Under the pieces are notes generated by a model that was not told the origin of the DNA, did not search any database, and saw nothing but the letters and a program-made list of their open reading frames with translations. This document shows, in pieces, positions 46,201 to 53,161 of a DNA stretch of 53,161 bases (its first letter is position 1; each line of letters starts with the position of its first letter). This stretch comes from Spirochaetales bacterium (lineage in GTDB: Bacteria > Spirochaetota > Spirochaetia > Sphaerochaetales > Sphaerochaetaceae). The position numbers and the translations under genes are program-made. The stretch covers positions 1 through 53,161 of the forward strand of contig JAGBWX010000008.1 in NCBI GenBank assembly GCA_017629575.1, written 5' to 3'.

Positions 46201-48146
46201 TTCTTGCCTCCTCTGATAGTTTCCTGTAGCTTTCTTGCGCTGGTTGGAAGAGATGAAGCCTCTTCTCCCGCAACCTGATAAAGGGCATTTGCAAAAGATG
46301 CCATTGTAAGTGCATTTGAAAGTGTTGGAAGAGATGAGATAGACTCAGCTCCATCTGGGTGTGTATAGAAGGAAAGATTGAGTTCAAAATCATCTGCTAT
46401 TACAGCACCACATTCGTTCAAGGTATTGAGGATAGCTCTCTTTGCCCGTTCTCTTACATCCCTTTCCTGAATGATTACCGAAAGAGAGAAGTATGCCCAA
46501 ATTCTCTTTACGACAGGCATGTAGTCCTGTCTGGATACCTTGATTTCGGTAACCATAGCACCATAGCCAGAGTATTCAAATTCACAAGGAGATATTGTGT
46601 TTTCTGCCTCAAATCTCATGATATTAGGCTGCTTCTCAGTATTCTTGATAGTATTTAGATATTTAGCGGCAGCTGCAAGCTGAGGTGTGAATTTACAAGT
46701 CAGCCTAGATAGTACGTCTGGACCACTGTCTAGGGTCTCTGGAGCTTGTTCGAGGAAGATGACACTCTCAAAGTCTTCATCTTTAGCAAACTTTGATTCA
46801 ATGAGGCTCCTCCAATATTTTGTATCAACATTGCCTACGAGGGCAGAACTGTTAAGTGTTATGTTCTGGTTTTGCGTATATGTAATCTGCGCCATGAAGT
46901 TGCATTCGCTGGCCATGGTCGTAGAGAATCCGGCGATACTTGATCCAGTTGCAAATCCAATTCCTCTTAGGAATCCCACAAGACCAAATTCTCCTCTTTG
47001 GAATGTGTTTGCTGTCCATTTGCGATTGAAAATCGAGTCATCAGCAATCTTAAGAGTGTTGTTTCTATGTGTTTCGATATTGTAGGAAGGTACGTAGTCT
47101 GTGAATCTAGTCTTTTCCTTTACGATTGAATCCCTCATCTGGGCAGGTGTCATCGATGACAGATCTGACAGTCTTGAGGTGTGGTATTCAGTTGCAGCCA
47201 ATGCTTCACAATATCCAAGGGAGCCGCAGAAGGAAGCTGGATAGTTGTTTGATTTGTGGATATTGATTCTTGCCTTGAAGCTCTTTACTGCATAGTAAGG
47301 AAGGAGACCAGTCATTGCCTGTCTCTGAAACTCCTCAAATGCGAAAGGATAGGCGCCCTGATCTACATTCATTTGAACATTGTCGTAGATGAGCTTTCCT
47401 TCCTCGTTTGCATATGTTGTTCTTTTGACTTTGATGCCAGCCCTTGCTGATTCGCCAATTGTTCTTATTTCAACTGGAGATCCTGTCTGGGAGGCAATGA
47501 TTGATGCAATCGATGCGATGATAGCAGGCATGATAAGGTATTCATCATGCTTGGATGCATGATGAAGTTCATGGAGAATTATATTCTTCTTATTCACTCC
47601 TGTTATCTTGGATACAGAGCTTCTAACCAGCTCCGGCCACTGCATTGGAGACTGGATGTGGATATTCTTGCCATCCTGCCATACTGTGACATAGTACCTG
47701 AGTGCGGAAAAGAATACGCTATGGTCGAAGCTGAAGTTGGTCTCTACCTTTTTTAGCTTATTGAGAATCTCTTCTTCTGGCTTTTCTTCAATGCCCCAGC
47801 TGAACTCGAGTGGTGGATATGGACTATCAATCTCTGGCTTTGTATCCAGAGGCTCTGTAATAGGCTTGATGTTGCTCATCATAAGCTCTACAGACTCGTA
47901 GTCTGGGCCAAAGAGGGCCAAAATTGGCTGTCCGACATAGCTGATTGTATCTACAGCAAGAATTGGCATTGAGCTTCCGAAGAAGGAAATATCGCTGCAT
48001 TCCACCAAATCCTTGCCTGTCAGAACCTGATATCTATTGTCAAGCTGAGGCATGTCAAAGCCCAGGAGCCTGACATCTGCTTCTTTGGATTTTAGAACAA
48101 GACCACATCTTAGGATGTGTCTCTCGAATTTCTTAGGTTCTGCCAT
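46197..48146 (-). CDS. Divergent xanthine dehydrogenase/aldehyde oxidase-family large subunit lacking canonical Mo-site motifs
   Basis: 649 aa. It has a hammerhead-like N-terminus (ISYVGQPILALFG) and colinear family landmarks (GSPVEIRT, VDQGAYP, LRGIGFATG, C-terminal GAES...LP). However, LHELHHASKHDEY replaces the GGGFGGK loop and FCGSLG replaces the RGxG motif. Confidence 0.65.
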   Translation of the reverse strand: MAEPKKFERHILRCGLVLKSKEADVRLLGFDMPQLDNRYQVLTGKDLVECSDISFFGSSMPILAVDTISYVGQPILALFGPDYESVELMMSNIKPITEPLDTKPEIDSPYPPLEFSWGIEEKPEEEILNKLKKVETNFSFDHSVFFSALRYYVTVWQDGKNIHIQSPMQWPELVRSSVSKITGVNKKNIILHELHHASKHDEYLIMPAIIASIASIIASQTGSPVEIRTIGESARAGIKVKRTTYANEEGKLIYDNVQMNVDQGAYPFAFEEFQRQAMTGLLPYYAVKSFKARINIHKSNNYPASFCGSLGYCEALAATEYHTSRLSDLSSMTPAQMRDSIVKEKTRFTDYVPSYNIETHRNNTLKIADDSIFNRKWTANTFQRGEFGLVGFLRGIGFATGSSIAGFSTTMASECNFMAQITYTQNQNITLNSSALVGNVDTKYWRSLIESKFAKDEDFESVIFLEQAPETLDSGPDVLSRLTCKFTPQLAAAAKYLNTIKNTEKQPNIMRFEAENTISPCEFEYSGYGAMVTEIKVSRQDYMPVVKRIWAYFSLSVIIQERDVRERAKRAILNTLNECGAVIADDFELNLSFYTHPDGAESISSLPTLSNALTMASFANALYQVAGEEASSLPTSARKLQETIRGGKN

Positions 48147-48311
48147 ACTATGAGATTACTCTAAAAATGATTTGATTCCAACTCAATTATGTCTAAAACG
48201 ACCAAAGTTGCTTGCTCTCGTTGCATTTTGCCTTCTGAACTGCGCCAATGTTGCTATTTGCTTTTTTGAATGGTTCTCTTATTGAGGATTCGGGCTATTT
48301 TAAAGATAATT

Positions 48312-50477
48312 ATGATTATGGATGCAAGAACCGAAATAGAAACACTGACAAAGGAACTTATCAGATATCAGGATGCTTACTATAAGGAAGGAAATCCTTT
48401 AGTCAGCGACCTAGAGTATGACAGAGCATGGGATAGACTTCTCTATCTTGAGAAGGAGAATCCTGAATATGCCCTTCCAGACAGCCCTACAAAGAGGGTT
48501 GGATCCGATCTGACAAACGATTTCCCAGAGTTCGAGCATTCCATTCCTGTTCTATCTCTTGATAAGGCATATTCAAAGGAAGAAGTCTTATCATTCTTCT
48601 CGAAGTCAATCCAAAAGGAGGGCGAGGGCCTTTCGTTTGCTGCAGAAGAGAAGATAGATGGAATTTCCATGGTTCTCTATTACGAAGATGGCATTTTGGT
48701 CAGAGCTGTAACTAGGGGAAATGGAGAGGTGGGAAATGATGTAACACCTAATATTCGCACTATCTCTTCTGTCCCACTTTCTCTTTCAGAGCCTGTGGAT
48801 ATTGCTGTTAGGGGAGAAGTATACCTTTCTAAAAAAGATTTTGAGCGTCTCAATCAGGAAGCTGAGAGCGATAAAGATAAGGCCGCAAATCCTAGAAACC
48901 TTGCTGCGGGAACGGTCAGGAGACAGAAGTCTTCAGAAGCTGCGCGCGTACCATTGGATATCTTCTGCTATGAAGGCTTCTGGAGTGATAAGGCAGAGGA
49001 GCCAAAAGATCATCTGCATATCCTTTCAAAGCTCAAGAGCCTTGGTTTCAGAATCGATCCTGAACTTGCTTTTTTTGATGTGACAAGAAGCGAGGCAGAG
49101 AGAAAGCTTAAGGAAGCTGGTATCGATGGCCTTGGATATGGCTTTGATGAACTTGAGGAATATCTGAGAAAAAAGAGTGAGACAAGACCAGATCTTCCAT
49201 ATGAGATTGATGGGCTTGTATTCAAAATCAATGAGCTTGGTGTAAGAGAAAAGTTTGGGTATACCGAACATCATCCAAGGTGGGCCATCGCATATAAGTT
49301 CGAGTCTCCTCAGGCTTTTGCAATCCTGAAGGACGTAACTTGCCAGGTTGGAAGAACTGGAAGAATCACACCTGTTGCAGAGGTTTCCGATACCCTATTG
49401 AGTGGTTCTACGATCAGAAGAGCAACATTGCACAACCAGGAGTACATCGATCAGCTTGAACTAGCAATTGGAGATACAGTCTCAATCACAAAGAGAGGCG
49501 ATGTTATTCCGGCTGTTGAAGAGGTTGTTGAGAAGAATAATCTCGGAAATAAAACTTATAAGCTTCCTAGACTTTGTCCATGCTGTGGATCAGAGCTTGT
49601 GAGTGAAGGTGCACATTTATTCTGTCCAAACTACGATTGTGAGGAACAGGTTAAAGGCAGGATTGCTTACTTTGCAGGCAGAGACCAGATGGATATCGAA
49701 AGTCTTGGCCCAAAGACTATCGAGATTCTCTACAAGGAAGGCTTATTGAAGTCTGTTGAAGATATCTACAGTGCAGACTATGACCAGATGATTGGAAAGC
49801 CTGGCTTTGGCCAAAAGACAGTAGACAACCTAAAAAAGGGCGTAAAGGATTCTATAGCACGTCCATATAAGACAGTTCTTTCATCATTGGGCATTGCAGA
49901 AATCGGTGGTAAGAGTGCAGAGATTCTTGCATCTTCTGGCTTTGACTCAATCTCTAAGCTCATTGCCGCTGCAGATAAGAGAGATCCTTCTTTGTTTACA
50001 TCAATCAAAGGCTTGGGAGAGAGTACTGCCGACATCTTGATTAAGGCTTTTACTGACCAAAGACTGCTTGAGACAATATCAAAGCTTTCAAGCCATGGCC
50101 TACATCTTGATGCTGCCTTAGATAGCAAGGATGAGACTGAGTACCAGCCTATTTTCTCTGGACAGATTTGGGTTGCTACGGGTAGCTTTGAGAACTTCAA
50201 TCCAAGAAGCAAGGCTCTTCAAGAGATTGAGAAAAGAGGTGGAAAAACAGCTGGTTCTGTTACAGGCAAGACAACTCATCTTCTTGCTGGAAAAGGTGGC
50301 GGATCAAAGCGCAAGGATGCTGAAAAGCTTGGGGTGAAGATTGTCTCAGAAGAAGAATTCCTCGCTCTTCTCTCTCAGGATGCCAATAAAGAAGAGGGTA
50401 TGGATGAGGTTAAGAACCCAGCTCCAGCAAAAGATGATTCTGAGCAGCTTTCATTCTTCGATGACCTAGGCTGTTAA
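48312..50477 (+). CDS. ligA: NAD-dependent DNA ligase
   Basis: Adenylation motif EEKIDGIS (KxDG), Zn finger CPCCGSELV...CPNYDC, HhH repeats and a C-terminal BRCT domain (IWVATGSF...). The start is ambiguous: ATG at 48312 or 48318. The track start 48270 adds a non-homologous hydrophobic leader. Confidence 0.93.
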   Translation: MIMDARTEIETLTKELIRYQDAYYKEGNPLVSDLEYDRAWDRLLYLEKENPEYALPDSPTKRVGSDLTNDFPEFEHSIPVLSLDKAYSKEEVLSFFSKSIQKEGEGLSFAAEEKIDGISMVLYYEDGILVRAVTRGNGEVGNDVTPNIRTISSVPLSLSEPVDIAVRGEVYLSKKDFERLNQEAESDKDKAANPRNLAAGTVRRQKSSEAARVPLDIFCYEGFWSDKAEEPKDHLHILSKLKSLGFRIDPELAFFDVTRSEAERKLKEAGIDGLGYGFDELEEYLRKKSETRPDLPYEIDGLVFKINELGVREKFGYTEHHPRWAIAYKFESPQAFAILKDVTCQVGRTGRITPVAEVSDTLLSGSTIRRATLHNQEYIDQLELAIGDTVSITKRGDVIPAVEEVVEKNNLGNKTYKLPRLCPCCGSELVSEGAHLFCPNYDCEEQVKGRIAYFAGRDQMDIESLGPKTIEILYKEGLLKSVEDIYSADYDQMIGKPGFGQKTVDNLKKGVKDSIARPYKTVLSSLGIAEIGGKSAEILASSGFDSISKLIAAADKRDPSLFTSIKGLGESTADILIKAFTDQRLLETISKLSSHGLHLDAALDSKDETEYQPIFSGQIWVATGSFENFNPRSKALQEIEKRGGKTAGSVTGKTTHLLAGKGGGSKRKDAEKLGVKIVSEEEFLALLSQDANKEEGMDEVKNPAPAKDDSEQLSFFDDLGC

Positions 50478-50550
50478 CATGATAACAGAAAGCTTGTAAA
50501 AACAGTTCCAGCAAGGAAAAACAGACAATAAAATTCATATTTTGTATAAG

Positions 50551-50583
50551 AAACCGGCTTTTTATTATTGCCGGTTTTTTTCT
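50551..50583 (+). terminator. Rho-independent terminator after ligA
   Basis: AAACCGGC (50551-50558) / GCCGGTTT (50570-50577) with an 11-nt AT loop, followed by a T-run. Confidence 0.75.
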
Positions 50584-50594
50584 ATACTTTCTTC

Positions 50595-51893
50595 ATGAAC
50601 GTATTAGCAAAAGAACTTAATGAGATTCTAATAGATAGCGTAGCATTTCCATTCCTCTCAAAGAGAGGACAAAGATTATATTTCCCAAAAGGCATCGTAG
50701 CTCAGTCTGCAGAAGCTGGCGAAAAAGCTAAGAGATACAACGCTACAGTTGGCCTTGCAAAGGATAAGGGCGAGCCATTTTGCCTTAGTGATATCTATAA
50801 CCAGTTTGCTGCTGGTGGTCTTAGCAAGGCAGACATTTTTTCTTATGCACCAGGCGGTGGAGACAAGACTCTCAGAGCTCTTTGGCAGAAGGAGCTTATC
50901 AAGAAGAACCCTCATCTTGAGGGCAAGCTTATCTCTGAAACTCTCGTTACAGCTGGTTTGACACACACAATCAGCATGGTTGCTGAGATGTTCCTCGATG
51001 AGGGCGATGAGATGGTATGTCCAGATCTTTATTGGGACAACTATCAGCTTATCTTTGAAGACTTGATTGGCGCGGAGCTTAAGTATTTCAAGTTCTTTAC
51101 AGAGGACGGCCATTTCAATACTGAAGCAATGAAGGCAGCTCTTCTTGCTACCAAGGGTGATACAGCAAGAATCATCCTCAACTTCCCAAACAATCCTACA
51201 GGCTACACTCCTTCCAAAAAGGAAGCTGAGGGCATTGTTGAGGCTCTTAAGGAGGTTGCAGATCAGAAGAAGGTTATGGTTATTTCCGATGATGCATACT
51301 TTGGTCTCTTCTTTAACGAAGAAACAGAGAAGGAATCTCTCTTCTCTTATCTTGCAGATGCTCATGAGAATATCTTTGCAATCAAGGGCGATGCAGCAAC
51401 CAAGGAAGAGATGGTATGGGGTTTCAGAATTGGCTTCATCACATATGCTTCAAAAGGCCTTTCCAAGAATCAGCTTGATGCTTTGGTGAAAAAGACTCTT
51501 GGAGCTATCAGATGCACAGTATCAAACTGTGACAGACCTGGCCAGTCTCTCCTTGTTGGTGCAATCCAGAATGGCCAAAACTATCTTGCTGACAAGCAAT
51601 ATTTGTTTGATGTTATCTCAAAGCGTTATAAAATTACAGAAGAGGCTCTTTCTTCTCATCGTGATTCAGCTTATCTTAAGCCATATCCATTCAATTCTGG
51701 ATACTTCATGGCTTTCGATACTTTGGGCCATGATGCAGAGGAGCTCAGGACTTACCTTTTGGAGAAGTACCAGATAGGTACTATCAACATCATGGGCAAG
51801 ACGCTGCGTCTAGCATATTGCTCTGTAGAGGCAGAAAACCTGAAGGACCTCGTAGATATGATATATAAGGCTGCTGAGGAGATATGGAGCTAA
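50595..51893 (+). CDS. Class I/II PLP-dependent aminotransferase (aspartate-aminotransferase-like)
   Basis: MNVLAKELNEIL...YFPKGIVAQSAEA is family-typical. LNFPNNPTG provides the NPTG motif, and there is a Lys-containing region ...IKGDAATKEEMVWGFRIGF. The track start 50568 lies inside the ligA terminator and is rejected. Confidence 0.85.
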   Translation: MNVLAKELNEILIDSVAFPFLSKRGQRLYFPKGIVAQSAEAGEKAKRYNATVGLAKDKGEPFCLSDIYNQFAAGGLSKADIFSYAPGGGDKTLRALWQKELIKKNPHLEGKLISETLVTAGLTHTISMVAEMFLDEGDEMVCPDLYWDNYQLIFEDLIGAELKYFKFFTEDGHFNTEAMKAALLATKGDTARIILNFPNNPTGYTPSKKEAEGIVEALKEVADQKKVMVISDDAYFGLFFNEETEKESLFSYLADAHENIFAIKGDAATKEEMVWGFRIGFITYASKGLSKNQLDALVKKTLGAIRCTVSNCDRPGQSLLVGAIQNGQNYLADKQYLFDVISKRYKITEEALSSHRDSAYLKPYPFNSGYFMAFDTLGHDAEELRTYLLEKYQIGTINIMGKTLRLAYCSVEAENLKDLVDMIYKAAEEIWS

Positions 51894-52255
51894 ACACGAA
51901 AATCTATCTTTTGGATGACAATGGCAATAAGTTTATGGGTATTGGTGTCCTGTGGCTTTTGGAGGCCATTGAGGAGTCTTCCTCTTTGAGGCAGGCTGCA
52001 CAAAAGATGGAACTTTCGTATTCCAAGGCATATAATATGCTCTCTCAATTGGAGAAGAGCCTAGGATGCGCTGTGGTTGAGAGAAGGAGGGGAGGTCACT
52101 CCAGAGAAGGCATTGAGCTTACTCCTTTTGCTCGAAAATTCATTGAACTCTACAAAGAATTCCAAATCAATGTAAAGAAAGAATCCGAAACTGTATTTAT
52201 CGGTTTCGAGTCTTCTTTGAAAGCTCTTATGGAGGAAGAAGATGCCAAAAGGTAG
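51884..52255 (+). CDS. ModE-N-terminal-like (LysR-type) winged-HTH protein, stand-alone
   Basis: 123 aa. GIGVLWLLEAIEESSSLRQAAQKMELSYSKAYNMLSQLEKSLGCAVVERRRGG matches the ModE/LysR HTH_1 pattern. No Mop/TOBE domains are present. It overlaps both neighbours. Confidence 0.6.
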   Translation: MELNTKIYLLDDNGNKFMGIGVLWLLEAIEESSSLRQAAQKMELSYSKAYNMLSQLEKSLGCAVVERRRGGHSREGIELTPFARKFIELYKEFQINVKKESETVFIGFESSLKALMEEEDAKR

Positions 52256-53161
52256 ACTTTACGACTTTTCCATCGATACTCTTGGACCAGCAAAACTGAA
52301 GTCCCCAATCAGAATGTCTGCAAAGACTGGTGATGGTGTTGCTGATTACGTATATGATAGCGACAGAATTCTCTTCGATATTGAAACAGAGGTTGTTGAC
52401 GGCGAAATCATGCCTGTTCATTCAGATACTCTTGAGCTTGCAGGACCAAGAGAGAAGATATACTTCAACCCATCCCATGTACACGCAGCAATTTGCACAT
52501 GCGGAGGACTCTGTCCTGGATTGAACAACGTTATCAGAGCTGTCGTAAGATGCCTTTGGTATCGCTATGGTGTAAGAAGAATCTCAGGAATCCAGTACGG
52601 ATACCTAGGCCTTTTGGAAAACTCACCATGGCCATTGATTCCATTAGACCCTGCTGTTGTTGATGATATTCAGGAAAAGGGTGGCACTATCCTTGGTTCA
52701 GCAAGAGGTGGCGGAAAGCAGGTTGAGGAAATTGTAGACTCTCTTGAAAGACTCAACATCAATATTCTCATCACCATCGGTGGAGATGGAACTTTGAGAG
52801 GCACATATGACATTGGAGAGGAAATCAAGAAGAGAGGGTTGAAGATTGCAACCGTTGGTGTTCCAAAGACAATAGACAACGACCTTTCATTCATCGACTC
52901 TTCCTTTGGTTTTGATACAGCTGTTGCGTCAGCCGTTCCTTCTGTTAGAGGTGCCCATGTTGAGGCGAAAGCATCAATCAATGGAATTGGTCTTGTTAAG
53001 GTAATGGGTAGAGAATCTGGATATATTGCTGCGCACACATCTCTAGCACAGTCAGACGTAAACTTCTGCCTTATTCCAGAGTCTCCATTTGATTTGGAGG
53101 GACCAAATGGTCTTTTGGAACATCTGAAGAGAAGAGTTCTAGACAGAGGTCATGCCGTCAT
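52242..53161 (+). CDS. pfk: 6-phosphofructokinase (long PfkA/PFP clade), 3' end beyond window
   Basis: My own translation from ATG 52242: ...AICTCGGLCPGLNNVIRAVV..., ITIGGDGTLRG, GVPKTIDNDL and VMGRESGYIA are the PFK motifs. The frame is open to the window edge and absent from the ORF track because it has no stop. Confidence 0.9.
   Translation, partial: MPKGRLYDFSIDTLGPAKLKSPIRMSAKTGDGVADYVYDSDRILFDIETEVVDGEIMPVHSDTLELAGPREKIYFNPSHVHAAICTCGGLCPGLNNVIRAVVRCLWYRYGVRRISGIQYGYLGLLENSPWPLIPLDPAVVDDIQEKGGTILGSARGGGKQVEEIVDSLERLNINILITIGGDGTLRGTYDIGEEIKKRGLKIATVGVPKTIDNDLSFIDSSFGFDTAVASAVPSVRGAHVEAKASINGIGLVKVMGRESGYIAAHTSLAQSDVNFCLIPESPFDLEGPNGLLEHLKRRVLDRGHAV

Overview
This is a 53.2-kb, gene-dense segment that looks like core chromosome, with about 45 protein genes, mostly in tightly packed operons with 1-17 nt overlaps. 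TAA is the preferred stop codon. Content is housekeeping and central anaerobic metabolism. It includes thioredoxin and a TlpA-like oxidoreductase, a Crp/Fnr regulator, Fe-alcohol dehydrogenase, NADP-glutamate dehydrogenase, AvtA-like and class-I aminotransferases, an M42 peptidase and pyruvate:ferredoxin oxidoreductase. It also carries an mglBAC-type sugar ABC transporter plus a second MglB-like binding protein, a MATE pump, a YesM/YesN-type two-component system and an HTH-WYL-like regulator. Further genes are SlyX, choloylglycine hydrolase, a VIT1 iron transporter, an MFS transporter, acyl-ACP thioesterase, RsmD, a transglutaminase-like protein, an HD hydrolase, an AI-2E permease, a cation:proton antiporter and a GT4 glycosyltransferase. 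Replication and repair genes are RecG, DnaE and LigA. The window ends with a ModE-like HTH and the start of a phosphofructokinase. The gene set, the AGA/AAG-rich codon usage and a circularly permuted MglB-type lipoprotein suggest a host-associated Treponema-like spirochaete; this is inference and cannot be verified here. I saw no CRISPR array, transposase, integrase, prophage or obvious defence island, so I cannot point to a clear-cut new system. The most unusual items are as follows. (1) A xanthine-dehydrogenase-family trio whose large subunit lacks the canonical Mo-site motifs and sits directly upstream of dnaE. (2) A REC-REC-ATP-grasp (PPDK_N-like) gene cut by an in-frame TAG and translationally coupled to an alcohol dehydrogenase. 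(3) A permuted and a canonical MglB paralogue flanking one ABC transporter whose permease has a ~200-aa coiled-coil N-terminal extension. (4) A non-canonical CAU-anticodon tRNA-like gene. (5) A WYL-like regulator co-operonic with a two-component system, with phased TTGCAA repeats upstream. All functional calls rest on motifs I recognised by eye in the supplied translations. No searches were run.
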